Shown piece by piece: positions 1 to 9,386 of a stretch of DNA of 64,000 bases. The notes under the pieces were generated by a model, which was given only the letters and a program-made list of their open reading frames with translations, was not told where the DNA came from and searched no databases. The position numbers were made by a program, and so were the translations under genes. This DNA comes from Bacteroidales bacterium (lineage in GTDB: Bacteria > Bacteroidota > Bacteroidia > Bacteroidales > UBA6680). The stretch spans positions 27,347-91,346 of the forward strand of contig JAOARD010000040.1 in assembly GCA_025210735.1 (NCBI GenBank), in the 5' to 3' direction. Each line of letters begins with the position of its first letter. Position 1 is the first letter of the stretch.

Positions 1-104
1 TTATTAAAAAATGCAAAACCATAAATTAGAGATGTATAAATTGAGCATTATAATCAAACAATTGGTAAATTTATCATCAGTATAAATAGTTTCATACAGA
101 AATA

Positions 105-1469
105 ATGCGTAAAAGAGTTCATTTTATTGCTATAGGAGGGGCTGCAATGCACAACCTGGCAATAGCACTACATAAAAAAGGGTATTTAGTAACAGGATCT
201 GATGATGAGATATTTGAACCATCTAGAGGGAGATTGAAACATCATGGTATTTTACCGGAGCAGTTTGGGTGGTTTCCGGATAAGATAAATAAAGAGATTG
301 ATGCAGTTATATTGGGAATGCATGCACGTATTGATAATCCTGAACTTATAAAAGCTAAGGAGTTGGGGGTTACTATATACTCTTATCCGGAGTTTTTGTA
401 TGAACAGACAAAGAATAAAAAGCGAATTGTAATTGGCGGAAGCCATGGCAAAACCACTACAACAGCTATGGTTATGCATGTGCTTAAGGATCTTCAGTAT
501 AATTTTGATTATATGGTTGGTTCACAGATTGATGGATTTGATACAATGGTCAAATTATCTGATAATGCTGATATTGCTGTTTTTGAAGGTGATGAGTATT
601 TATCGTCACCAATAGATAAACGACCAAAATTTCATCTGTATAATCCACATATTGCCCTGATAACAGGTATTGCATGGGATCATATTAATGTGTTTCCAAC
701 ATTTGAGATATATAAAAGGCAGTTTGAAGAGTTTATAAAGAAGATAGAGGATGATGGTATACTTATATGGTATAAGAACGATGATAACCTCAAAAAAATG
801 GTTTTGAACAGCACTCGTAATGATATATCAGATATACCATATGATACACCTGAGTATATTATTGAAAATGGAGTTACTATTGTTGATATTGAAGGCGAGA
901 GATATCAACTTAAGATATTTGGTGAGCATAATCTTCAGAATATGGAGGGGGCAGCACAAATATGTTTCAGTCTTGGGATAAATTCTGGTGAGTTTTACAG
1001 ATCTATGCAGCGATTTGAGGGAGCTGCAAGAAGGCTTCAGAAACTTGAAGATAGTGGAGACAGGGTTGTGTATTATGATTTTGCTCACTCTCCATCTAAA
1101 TTAAAGGCAACAGTTGAGGCTGTAAAAAATCAGTATAAAGACCACCGGGTAGTAGCATGTATGGAGTTGCATACATTTAGTTCGTTAAATCATGAGTTTC
1201 TGAATCAGTATAACAAAACAATGAATGTAGCCGATGATGCTGTTGTTTTTTTTAATCCAGAGACGGTAAAGCATAAAAAATTGAAAAATATCTCGACAGA
1301 AGATGTTTTTAATGCATTTGGCAGGAAAGATCTTCAGGTTTTTTCTGATAGAAATATGATGGTTGAGAAATTGAAATCAGAAAAAAATAAAAAATGTGTT
1401 TTTTTATTGATGAGTTCCGGGAACTTTTCAGGAGTTGATATTAAGGAACTTGCGAAAACACTGGTGTAG
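105..1469 (+). CDS. mpl: Mur ligase family protein, most likely Mpl (UDP-N-acetylmuramate:L-alanyl-gamma-D-glutamyl-meso-DAP ligase) rather than MurC
   Basis: 454 aa; N-terminal IAIGGAAMHNLA dinucleotide-binding motif and GSHGKTTTT P-loop typical of MurC/Mpl; isolated from any dcw cluster, next to tRNA and rpsT. Confidence 0.6.
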   Translation: MRKRVHFIAIGGAAMHNLAIALHKKGYLVTGSDDEIFEPSRGRLKHHGILPEQFGWFPDKINKEIDAVILGMHARIDNPELIKAKELGVTIYSYPEFLYEQTKNKKRIVIGGSHGKTTTTAMVMHVLKDLQYNFDYMVGSQIDGFDTMVKLSDNADIAVFEGDEYLSSPIDKRPKFHLYNPHIALITGIAWDHINVFPTFEIYKRQFEEFIKKIEDDGILIWYKNDDNLKKMVLNSTRNDISDIPYDTPEYIIENGVTIVDIEGERYQLKIFGEHNLQNMEGAAQICFSLGINSGEFYRSMQRFEGAARRLQKLEDSGDRVVYYDFAHSPSKLKATVEAVKNQYKDHRVVACMELHTFSSLNHEFLNQYNKTMNVADDAVVFFNPETVKHKKLKNISTEDVFNAFGRKDLQVFSDRNMMVEKLKSEKNKKCVFLLMSSGNFSGVDIKELAKTLV

Positions 1470-1580
1470 CGGGGTGAATTTTTTATTAATTTTTTTCTTA
1501 AAAAGATTTGGTGGTGACAAAAAATGATTTACCTTTGCAACCGCAATGAGGAAATAACCTCACTAGCAAACAAGAATTTT

Positions 1581-1652
1581 GGTCCGTTCGTCTAGGGGTT
1601 AGGACGCCAGGTTTTCATCCTGGTAGCAGGGGTTCGAATCCCCTACGGACTA
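1581..1652 (+). tRNA. tRNA-Glu (anticodon TTC)
   Basis: Cloverleaf readable by eye: acceptor GGTCCGT/ACGGACT, anticodon stem CCAGG/CCTGG with loop TTTTCAT (anticodon TTC), T-arm GGTTCGAATCC. Confidence 0.85.
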
Positions 1653-1673
1653 CTTTTTTTAATCACTATTACA

Positions 1674-1925
1674 ATGGCAAATCACAAATCATCTATTAAG
1701 AGAATCAGACAGAGCGAGAAGAGAAGATTGCACAATAAATATTATGCAAGAACAACTCGTAATGCTATTAAGAAGCTTAGAGAGCTTACTGATAAGGCTG
1801 AGGCTTTAGAGATGCTGCCTAAGGTTGCTAGCATGTTGGATAAGTTGGCTAAAATCAATGTTATTCACAAGAATAAAGCATCAAACCTTAAGTCGAGTTT
1901 GACATTAAAAGTTAACTCTTTGTAA
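1674..1925 (+). CDS. rpsT: 30S ribosomal protein S20
   Basis: 83 aa, [22 protein letters not shown]... is the canonical bS20 N-terminus. Confidence 0.9.
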   Translation: MANHKSSIKRIRQSEKRRLHNKYYARTTRNAIKKLRELTDKAEALEMLPKVASMLDKLAKINVIHKNKASNLKSSLTLKVNSL

Positions 1926-1948
1926 TTAGTTACAAATACGATATTCTT

Positions 1949-1982
1949 AACGTCTTCTTAATTTAAGAAGACGTTTTTTTTT
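1949..1982 (+). terminator. Rho-independent terminator after rpsT
   Basis: Hairpin AACGTCTTCTTAATTTAAGAAGACGTT followed by T9. Confidence 0.7.
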
Positions 1983-2084
1983 ATACATAGTTGATTGTTG
2001 GTTAAAAACGGAGCAAATTGTTATTGCCCCGTTTTTTGTTTTATCTATGATTACGGGGCTCTTTGTATGATTAAGTATTTCTGG

Positions 2085-2453
2085 TTACGATTCGCTATTT
2101 GAGTTATTATCGTTTTTGTATCCTTTGTTTGGGAACAGGTACTTCATTACAAAAGCAAATAGTCCTATTATTTGTGCTAATGAACCACCAAGCAGAGCAA
2201 GGATCACTGTGTCGCTCAGTTTAAGCCATTCCATACCGCATGAAATTGTTATAAGTAGTATTGTGAATACATAGAAAGCAACAAGCCTGAATGTGTATAT
2301 AGCGTACTTTTTACGTTCATCCTGATCTTGTAAATTGCCTTTATTCTCAATACGGCGTGCAAGAATATCGTCTACACTATCTTTGCTTGCTTCAATAATA
2401 CTTTCTGCATCAAAAAGCTGAGCTTCAAAGTTGTAATTGTTATCCTCTGTCAT
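2085..2453 (-). CDS. Small two-TM membrane protein, putative toxin partner of the Panacea protein
   Basis: 122 aa, acidic N-terminus then two hydrophobic helices (LVAFYVFTILLITISCG, ILALLGGSLAQIIGLFAFVM); translationally coupled to the upstream Panacea ORF. Confidence 0.4.
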   Translation of the reverse strand: MTEDNNYNFEAQLFDAESIIEASKDSVDDILARRIENKGNLQDQDERKKYAIYTFRLVAFYVFTILLITISCGMEWLKLSDTVILALLGGSLAQIIGLFAFVMKYLFPNKGYKNDNNSNSES

Positions 2454-2949
2454 TCTTTCTTACAACCTTATTAGCAAAAACATCATAAAACTCTTTGGTA
2501 AGCGAATCAGGAATTGATTTGTTCTCTCCGCGCTGATATATCTTCTGCCATGGGGTGCCATTCATGTGTAATAAAGATACCAGATCTCTTGCTGAAAAAT
2601 TACCGAATATCTTCCAGACAAGTTCTGTTACCTCTTTTATATCTTTATCAGCAAGTATTGCTGTTTTTGAATCTTCAGAATCGTAATCAATATAAACTGA
2701 TTTAAAGTCTTGTATAGGTTCTGAACCAAAGTGTTTGAATTCGTGATACAGGCTTGGTATTACCGGGCCAAACTTCCATGCTTCAATTTGATCGTAATTA
2801 TTATTTAATATACCTCTGTTTAAGAGAGCCAGAGAGAATCCGTGAACGATATATACCAACTTAAGCATTTTAAGTGTGCTTAAATCTGTATTATTCTGTT
2901 CTGCAAGTGTAATTATCTCGTTAGCTACTGCCTGGCTACAAACCTTCAT
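2440..2949 (-). CDS. Panacea domain (DUF4065) protein, SocA-like antitoxin candidate
   Basis: 169 aa; KMLKLVYIVHGFSLAL... matches the KLxKLLYxxxxxxL core of Panacea/DUF4065 phage-associated antitoxins; overlaps the downstream ORF by 14 nt. Confidence 0.55.
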   Translation of the reverse strand: MKVCSQAVANEIITLAEQNNTDLSTLKMLKLVYIVHGFSLALLNRGILNNNYDQIEAWKFGPVIPSLYHEFKHFGSEPIQDFKSVYIDYDSEDSKTAILADKDIKEVTELVWKIFGNFSARDLVSLLHMNGTPWQKIYQRGENKSIPDSLTKEFYDVFANKVVRKNDRG

Positions 2950-3184
2950 ATATATCTCCTCTGTTTTCTACAAAAATAACTAACATATTTAATAAAATAT
3001 ATGTTTAAGTAAAACATTTTGTATTGTAACAGCCTTGTAAATTATACAATACGGTAAATATGGTACTGTATAGAAGAAGAGTGTCGTTAACTAAAAACGA
3101 CACTCTGATTGATTTAAATCACCCACCGATTAAACGGCGCTATAAAAAATAGTGGACAACACGTAGTATTTAGAAACCCTAAAC

Positions 3185-3646
3185 CTATAAATTATAGCGC
3201 TTTGCATATAGTATCAAATCATCCGTTCCGGTAAGAGATAGCTTTTTCTGAATATTATGTAGGTGTGAATTTATGTTTTTGTTGCTGCAATTTATTAGTG
3301 TTGCTATTTGATTTATCCTTTTGTTTTCTGATAGATATGTTAATATAATATACTCTTTGCGTGACAAGTTAAATGGTATGCGACAAACAATTCCAAAATT
3401 AGGACACTTGTTTATTTTGTTGCATTTTGGTGGTGACGTCTTTGGTCTGTTGTAAGTTGATAATTTATTATTGGTTATAGGTAGTTTGTTGTATCTGCAT
3501 CTGATAAATTCATTGAGCATTAGTTTTTTATCATCATTAAACATTGATGATAGCATTATGTATGCTCTGGTATCGTTATGTAGTTCCTGATTAATGATAT
3601 TGTTAATATCTTTTAAGTTGTTGTTTACTGGTGTGTTATCAGACAT
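3185..3646 (-). CDS. LuxR/GerE-family HTH transcriptional regulator
   Basis: C-terminal LSRKEYIILTYLSENKRINQIATLINCSNKNINSHLHNIQKKL resembles the LuxR-type HTH. Confidence 0.55.
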   Translation of the reverse strand: MSDNTPVNNNLKDINNIINQELHNDTRAYIMLSSMFNDDKKLMLNEFIRCRYNKLPITNNKLSTYNRPKTSPPKCNKINKCPNFGIVCRIPFNLSRKEYIILTYLSENKRINQIATLINCSNKNINSHLHNIQKKLSLTGTDDLILYAKRYNL

Positions 3647-3657
3647 TAGTTTGTGGG

Positions 3658-3867
3658 TTATTTTAGTTTTTTTTGCAGACGTTTTTTTGTCTTTCTATAC
3701 TCGTTTCTTAGTTTGATAGCTTCGTTAACAATATCCATATTGAAATGTTTGCCTTTTAATACCAGACTGACATAATTTGGGGAGAATCCTGTTCTTTCTG
3801 CTAACCTTGCAGACCATCCGTGGGGTAGTTCTGCTTTAAGTTTTTGTAATTGACCTTGTGTAAGCAT
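3658..3867 (-). CDS. Small HTH DNA-binding protein (excisionase/XRE-like)
   Basis: 69 aa, basic C-terminus, LAERTGFSPNYVSLVLKG helix-turn-helix. Confidence 0.45.
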   Translation of the reverse strand: MLTQGQLQKLKAELPHGWSARLAERTGFSPNYVSLVLKGKHFNMDIVNEAIKLRNEYRKTKKRLQKKLK

Positions 3868-3986
3868 TGTTCAGTATTTGTAAAGTAAACGTAAAGTATT
3901 ACATTAGTGTCGTATAAGTGGGCGTAAAGTAAAGAAAACTTTATTAAAAACGCAAAATTTAAATGTAATATTATATAGCATTTGTT

Positions 3987-4385
3987 ATGTATAAGAATAT
4001 TGGTAAGCGCATATCTGAAATATGCAAAGAGAAGAATGTTACTCAAAAAGATTTGATTCTTAATGATTTAGGTAGTACGCCTACAATCAGCAATGTATTT
4101 CATGGACGCCAGTTACCAACATTAAAATTTGTGTCGGGTTTTCTTGATATGTTTCCATATCTGGATGCCAGATGGCTTGTGACGGGTAAACGATCTACGT
4201 TAGAGAACAATATAACCAGTGATAATCAGATAGAGTATGAGAAAAGAAGAGATGGTAATAATAAAGAGAACATACATCTGGAAAAGATAAACTCGCTTAC
4301 CGAACAAATTGAATTAAAAGATCAGATTATTGCAAATAAAGATGAGCAGATAGCTCTGCTTAAAAGACTTTTGGATGAGAAGTAA
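3987..4385 (+). CDS. XRE-family (Cro/CI-type) HTH regulator with C-terminal coiled coil
   Basis: N-terminal ISEICKEKNVTQKDLILNDLGSTPTISNVFHG HTH; C-terminal heptad-rich tail; divergent from the HTH gene at 3658-3867. Confidence 0.55.
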   Translation: MYKNIGKRISEICKEKNVTQKDLILNDLGSTPTISNVFHGRQLPTLKFVSGFLDMFPYLDARWLVTGKRSTLENNITSDNQIEYEKRRDGNNKENIHLEKINSLTEQIELKDQIIANKDEQIALLKRLLDEK

Positions 4386-4495
4386 TACTTTTGAGTGTAT
4401 TTTGTTTTTTAAATTTGTTTTTCTGTAGTAGTTTAAAATAATCATCCGTTTTGCTAAAATAACAAAACGGATAATTGGTTTTGTTTATAGTAAAG

Positions 4496-5269
4496 TTATT
4501 TTTTTACTATAGGTAATATATCTTCCAATATTATTCCTTTTCGTTCCAGATCATTTACACACATATTACTCAGATACTGTTTAGCATTGTTGTTTATTGT
4601 AAAACCAACTGACTTAAGTCTGTCAAAATAATCCATTCCATAATACCTAACATGATCGTACTGTCCAAATCTGCGTTCTCGTTCAGCTCTGTCTGTAATG
4701 GTAGAGTCTTCATCGGTTGTTTCTGATTTTATATTCAGAGGAACCTGAAAAATCCCCATTCCGTCATTCTTCATAACCCTGTAGAATTCTCGCATTGCTA
4801 TATTATCGTCGTTAACATGTTCCAGTACATGATTGCAAATAACAACATCAAAAGCCTCATCTTCAAAAGGTATATCGCAAACATCCATCTTTACATCAAC
4901 AATTGGCGATTCAAGATCGCCGGTTGTGTAGTCCAGATTCTTCATTTTTTTAAATCTGCCAATAAAACACTGTTCAGGTGCAATATGAAGAACTTTAAGT
5001 TCTTCGGCATTAAAAAAATTTGTATGTTCTTTCAGAAATAACCATAATAATCTGTGACGTTCAAGTGACAAACATCCTGGACATAATGCGTTGTCTCTCT
5101 TTTTTACATATCCGTAAGGTAAAAATTTTCTGAAATTGCCTTCGCATATCGGGCAGCTAACCTTGTTGCCTCTCATAAAAAAGGCAACAAATTTATGTAC
5201 AATCAGGCTCATCTTAATTAAAAGTGGTCTGGGAAATATCTTTAAAAGAACCTTAATAATACGATACAT
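4496..5269 (-). CDS. Class I SAM-dependent methyltransferase with N-terminal zinc-ribbon
   Basis: CPICEGNF...CPGC zinc-ribbon, then VLHIAPEQ / DVVICNHVLEH methyltransferase motifs I and post-I. Confidence 0.7.
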   Translation of the reverse strand: MYRIIKVLLKIFPRPLLIKMSLIVHKFVAFFMRGNKVSCPICEGNFRKFLPYGYVKKRDNALCPGCLSLERHRLLWLFLKEHTNFFNAEELKVLHIAPEQCFIGRFKKMKNLDYTTGDLESPIVDVKMDVCDIPFEDEAFDVVICNHVLEHVNDDNIAMREFYRVMKNDGMGIFQVPLNIKSETTDEDSTITDRAERERRFGQYDHVRYYGMDYFDRLKSVGFTINNNAKQYLSNMCVNDLERKGIILEDILPIVKK

Positions 5270-5271
5270 AA

Positions 5272-6222
5272 CTATATCTCCTTCTCAATCTTATAATCGT
5301 TGCGCGACGATGAACTTCTGGATACTAACTCAGCAAGGAATCCTGCAATGAATAGTTGTGCACCAATTATCATTGAAGCAAGAGCAATATAAAAGTATGC
5401 AGAATCAACAATTAATTTTGCAGGGATATTGCTTATAACGCAATATATTTTGTGAATACCAAGATATCCGGCAGCAATAAAACCAAAAATAAACATAAGC
5501 GTTCCAATACCACCAAACAGGTGCATTGGTCTCTTTGCCCATTTTGTAATAAATATTACCGACATCAGATCAAGAAAGCCTTTTACAAAGCGCTCCATAC
5601 CGAATTTGGATACTCCGTATTTACGCTCGCGGTGTTCAACAACTTTTTCGCCAATATTCTTAAACCCTGCTTGTTTAGCAAGAACAGGTATGTATCTGTG
5701 CATTTCGCCATATACCTCAATATTCTTTATAACTGCACGTTTATACGCTTTTAATCCGCAGTTAAAATCGTGTAGCTTTATACCTGTTACTGCACGTGCA
5801 GTGCGGTTAAAGAACTTACTTGGCAATGTCTTGGATATAGGATCGTATCTCTTCTTCTTCCAACCCGAAACAAGATCGTATCCCTCTTTCATAATCATAT
5901 TGTACAACTCAGGTATCTCATCAGGGCTATCCTGAAGATCTGCATCCATAGTTATAACAACATCTCCTTTGGCACGTTCAAAGCCTACAAACAGGGCTCC
6001 TGATTTGCCATAATTTCTTCTGAACTTAATGCCTGAAATGTTTTCGTCTTTCTTCTCAAGCTCCTCTATAACGTTCCAAGAGTTATCTGTACTACCATCG
6101 TCAATAAGTAGAATCTGATAACTATACTTATTTAAACTCATAACCCGAGCTATCCATTCGCATAACTCGGGCAATGACTCCTCTTCGTTTAAAAGAGGTA
6201 CAACAACTGATATATCTGTCAT
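5272..6222 (-). CDS. Family 2 glycosyltransferase (polyprenyl-phosphate sugar transferase-like, C-terminal TM helices)
   Basis: VVVPLLNEEESL, IDDGSTDNS, DADLQD (DxD) GT2-A motifs; two C-terminal TM helices as in DPM1/ArnC-like enzymes. Confidence 0.85.
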   Translation of the reverse strand: MTDISVVVPLLNEEESLPELCEWIARVMSLNKYSYQILLIDDGSTDNSWNVIEELEKKDENISGIKFRRNYGKSGALFVGFERAKGDVVITMDADLQDSPDEIPELYNMIMKEGYDLVSGWKKKRYDPISKTLPSKFFNRTARAVTGIKLHDFNCGLKAYKRAVIKNIEVYGEMHRYIPVLAKQAGFKNIGEKVVEHRERKYGVSKFGMERFVKGFLDLMSVIFITKWAKRPMHLFGGIGTLMFIFGFIAAGYLGIHKIYCVISNIPAKLIVDSAYFYIALASMIIGAQLFIAGFLAELVSRSSSSRNDYKIEKEI

Positions 6223-6233
6223 TAAATATATTT

Positions 6234-6800
6234 TTATTCTTCTGTTTCTGTAAAAAGATTAACAACTGGTTCCTTTTTTACTATTGCTGATGTAATTAAA
6301 GAGAATATAAATCCAAAGAAAGAGTGCCCTATTATAGCATAGAACATCATTAATACAGGATTCATAAAGTTTTTACTCATCTCCATAGCCATCTCTATTT
6401 GTTCTTCAGCCATTCCTCTTTCAAGCATTTTTTCTGTTTGAATCTCTATTATTCTATTAGTAATATCTGGATCTATAACTTTGAAGAGCATTATGGTAAA
6501 TAATCCGGATAAAATTCCTGTTATAACAGATATAAGTGTTCCTGCACCTAATCCTTGTGCATAGCTTAAAGAGCCATTGTTGCACTTCTCTCTTACAAGT
6601 TTTGAGCCATAAACAATACCAACAAATAGAATAATGTATGCTAAATAGCTAAACCAAGGTTCGTACATAAGATCGGTGATATAGCCAATTAACGAAAACA
6701 TAATAACACCTATACCTGTTACAAGTCCCCCTATAAGAACGGCTTGCATAAAACTCATCTTCTTTTCCATAAATACTATTTTTTGAAAGTGATAAAACAA
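6234..6800 (-). CDS. Multi-pass membrane protein (DUF4199-like)
   Basis: 188 aa, four or five predicted TM helices; co-oriented and contiguous with the GT2 and methyltransferase genes (operon). Confidence 0.5.
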   Translation of the reverse strand: MFYHFQKIVFMEKKMSFMQAVLIGGLVTGIGVIMFSLIGYITDLMYEPWFSYLAYIILFVGIVYGSKLVREKCNNGSLSYAQGLGAGTLISVITGILSGLFTIMLFKVIDPDITNRIIEIQTEKMLERGMAEEQIEMAMEMSKNFMNPVLMMFYAIIGHSFFGFIFSLITSAIVKKEPVVNLFTETEE

Positions 6801-6865
6801 AGATATTTTTTTTTAAATAAAAATTGCTTTTTTTTTTGCGGAATAGAAAAAATTCCTACTTTTGT

Positions 6866-6967
6866 GCCCGGGTAAGTCTTGCACGACTAGCTCCTGCTGA
6901 AATCCCCCAGGACCGGAAGGTAGCAAGGGTAGGTGGTTGTAGCAGTGCGATGCAAGTAGCTTACCCA
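6866..6967 (+). ncRNA. ffs: Signal recognition particle RNA (4.5S/ffs, small bacterial type)
   Basis: CCCCAGGACCGGAAGGTAGCAAGGGTAGG contains the conserved SRP domain IV motif (compare E. coli AGGTCCGGAAGGAAGCAGC); closed by GGGTAAGTCTTGCA...TGCAAGTAGCTTACCC and followed by a T-run. Confidence 0.7.
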
Positions 6968-7375
6968 TTTTTTGTACCCATAATTTACTATTTACTCCCA
7001 TCTCTGTTTTCAGATTCGCGTAAACCTTTAAAGAATCCTTTCTGAAATGCACTAAGCTGGCTTTCGTTTTTTCCTTTAAGGTATCCAATCCAGTATCCTA
7101 CGGCAAGAACAACTACTATTGCAATTATTATGGTTATAGTTACTTCCATAAAAATTTTGTTTAATTTATAACTATAAAAGCTGGTGATTAATCTCACCCG
7201 TTTGCTTGTCTAACAACGTTCAAAATTTAAACCAAATAACTTATGTTTTTGTAAGTCAGTAGTTAATAAATATTTATGAAAATTGAAATTGTACGAAAAC
7301 ATATACTCATAGTACGATATCGGGCAAATTAATGATAATGGTTTCTGAGATAAAAAAAACTTATTACTTTTGCAG

Positions 7376-7383
7376 TAAATTTG
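7376..7383 (+). promoter_or_regulatory. Candidate Bacteroidota -7 promoter element (TAnnTTTG) upstream of tal
   Basis: TAAATTTG about 60 bp upstream of the ATG at 7446; no spaced -33 TTTG identified. Confidence 0.25.
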
Positions 7384-7445
7384 TATAAAGTATTAATAAT
7401 TAGAGATTATATAATTACAATTCATACATTTAAAACATAAAAAAG

Positions 7446-8099
7446 ATGAAGTTTTTTATTGACACAGCCAATCTTGAGCAGATAAAAGAAGCAAATGATC
7501 TTGGTGTTCTTGACGGAGTTACTACAAACCCTTCGTTAATGGCAAAAGAGGGTATTAAAGGTGAAGAGAATATTCTTAATCACTATAAGGCTATCTGTGA
7601 GCTTGTTGATGGCGATGTTAGTGCTGAGGTTCTTTCTACAGACTTTGAAGGAATGATTAAAGAAGGTGAAGAGCTTGTTAAACTTCACGAGCAGATTGTA
7701 GTTAAGGTTCCTTGTACAAAAGATGGTATTAAGGCAATTAAATACTTTTCTGACAAAAAGATACGTACAAACTGTACATTGGTATTCTCAACAGGTCAGG
7801 CTCTGCTTGCTGCAAAAGCTGGTGCAACATATGTATCTCCTTTTGTTGGTCGTCTTGATGATATCTCAACCGATGGTGTTGAGCTTATAAGACAAATTGT
7901 TGATATGTACGGATATTATGAGTTCGATACACAGGTTCTTGCAGCTTCTATAAGACACACAATGCATATTGTACAGTGTGTTGAGGCTGGTGCTGATGTT
8001 TCAACATGTCCGCTTTCGGCAATTGTTGGATTACTAAATCACCCTCTAACAGATAAAGGGCTTGCTCAGTTTGTTGCTGATGCAAAAAAGATGAACTAA
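7446..8099 (+). CDS. tal: Transaldolase / fructose-6-phosphate aldolase (short Tal/Fsa family)
   Basis: 217 aa; [31 protein letters not shown] and the Schiff-base lysine context VVKVP are diagnostic. Confidence 0.9.
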   Translation: MKFFIDTANLEQIKEANDLGVLDGVTTNPSLMAKEGIKGEENILNHYKAICELVDGDVSAEVLSTDFEGMIKEGEELVKLHEQIVVKVPCTKDGIKAIKYFSDKKIRTNCTLVFSTGQALLAAKAGATYVSPFVGRLDDISTDGVELIRQIVDMYGYYEFDTQVLAASIRHTMHIVQCVEAGADVSTCPLSAIVGLLNHPLTDKGLAQFVADAKKMN

Positions 8100-8124
8100 A
8101 ACTTGATAGTTAAGTTATAATTCA

Positions 8125-8156
8125 AAAATCCTCATAATACGATGAGGATTTTTTTT
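8125..8156 (+). terminator. Rho-independent terminator after tal
   Basis: AAAATCCTCATAATACGATGAGGATTTTTTTT. Confidence 0.7.
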
Positions 8157-8173
8157 ACACTAAAAATTCTACA

Positions 8174-9334
8174 ATGATTATTCTGGACAAACCGTATATA
8201 TCGGAGTTTCTGACTTCAACGGCTATAAAGAACCGTACTCCGATATTAAGAAGCAATACGCTTGATCTTCATCAGGAGCTTAATCTGATAAATGAGGATG
8301 AGTTTAAAAAACAGATTGGGGATTCTAAAAACCCAAAACTTTATAGTAATTCCGAAAATGCTATAAATTGGATATCAAAAAATCTGAACTCTACCGATAT
8401 ACCTAAAAAGATAGATCTGTTTAAAAATAAAGTAGCATTCAGAGACCTGTTAAAACCAATATTTCCTGATTTCTTCTACAAAGGAGTAAAGTTTGATGAG
8501 CTGGCAACGCTTGACATAACTAATATCAGTAAACCTTTTATAATTAAGCCTTCTGTAGGTTTTTTTAGCATGGGTGTTTACAAAGTAAACAGCAACGAGG
8601 AGTGGAATACTACTGTAAATGCAATTAGCAATGAGATGTTGCTTGCAAAAGAGTTGTATCCTAAAGAGGTTATTAACTCAACCGATTTTATAATTGAGCA
8701 GAATATACCAGGTAAAGAATTTGCTATTGATGTATATTTTAATGAAGAAGGAAAACCTGTAATACTAAATATTCTTGAGCATATATTTCCGAATGAGGAT
8801 GATCTTACCGACAGAGCATATATAACCTCAAAAGATATAATAGTGAAGTATCACGATGTGTTTGAGAGATTGCTTGATAAAATTGGAACAATGTCAGAGT
8901 TGGTTAATTTCCCTATGCATATTGAGCTTAAGATATCAGACGATAACAATATTATTCCGATAGAGGTTAATCCTATGCGATTTACAGGATGGTGTCTTAC
9001 AGATCTGGCTTATTTTGCATATGGAATAAACGTATATGAGTACTATTTGAATGGTAAAAAGCCTGATTGGAACGAGATTCTTTCAGAAAAAGACAATCTT
9101 ACGTATAGTATGATTATAGGAACGCTACCTGAAGGATATACTCCGGCAATGATTGATAGTGTTGATTGGGATGCGTTTAAAAACTCATTTACAAAGGTTC
9201 TTGAGCTTCGTAAGGTAGATTATAATGAATATCCTGTTTTTGGTTTCTTGTTTACAGAAACACATAATGATAATAAGCAGGAAATTGATAAAATGCTAAA
9301 ATCTGACCTAAAAGAGTTCTTTAGATTAAAATAA
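8174..9334 (+). CDS. ATP-grasp domain protein
   Basis: FIIKPSVGFFSMGVYKV and EFAIDVYFNEEGKPVILNILEH resemble ATP-grasp B/C-domain motifs; specific substrate unknown. Confidence 0.45.
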   Translation: MIILDKPYISEFLTSTAIKNRTPILRSNTLDLHQELNLINEDEFKKQIGDSKNPKLYSNSENAINWISKNLNSTDIPKKIDLFKNKVAFRDLLKPIFPDFFYKGVKFDELATLDITNISKPFIIKPSVGFFSMGVYKVNSNEEWNTTVNAISNEMLLAKELYPKEVINSTDFIIEQNIPGKEFAIDVYFNEEGKPVILNILEHIFPNEDDLTDRAYITSKDIIVKYHDVFERLLDKIGTMSELVNFPMHIELKISDDNNIIPIEVNPMRFTGWCLTDLAYFAYGINVYEYYLNGKKPDWNEILSEKDNLTYSMIIGTLPEGYTPAMIDSVDWDAFKNSFTKVLELRKVDYNEYPVFGFLFTETHNDNKQEIDKMLKSDLKEFFRLK

Positions 9335-9386
9335 AAAGTTATCTTCCTCCTTATTTCAGGAGGAAGGCCTCCTTAAACTATACCAA

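Noticed and set aside
6813-7088. ORFs 6813-7088(-) and 6824-7045(+) from the six-frame track
   Set aside because: They overlay the SRP RNA gene and its terminator, have no plausible start context, and read as low-complexity peptides. Treated as artefacts.
6988-7197. 69-aa minus-strand ORF (MEVTITIIIAIVVVLAVGYWIGYLKGKNE...) next to the SRP RNA
   Set aside because: Could be a genuine small membrane protein but has no recognisable homology signal and would converge on the SRP RNA terminator. Not reported as a feature for lack of support.
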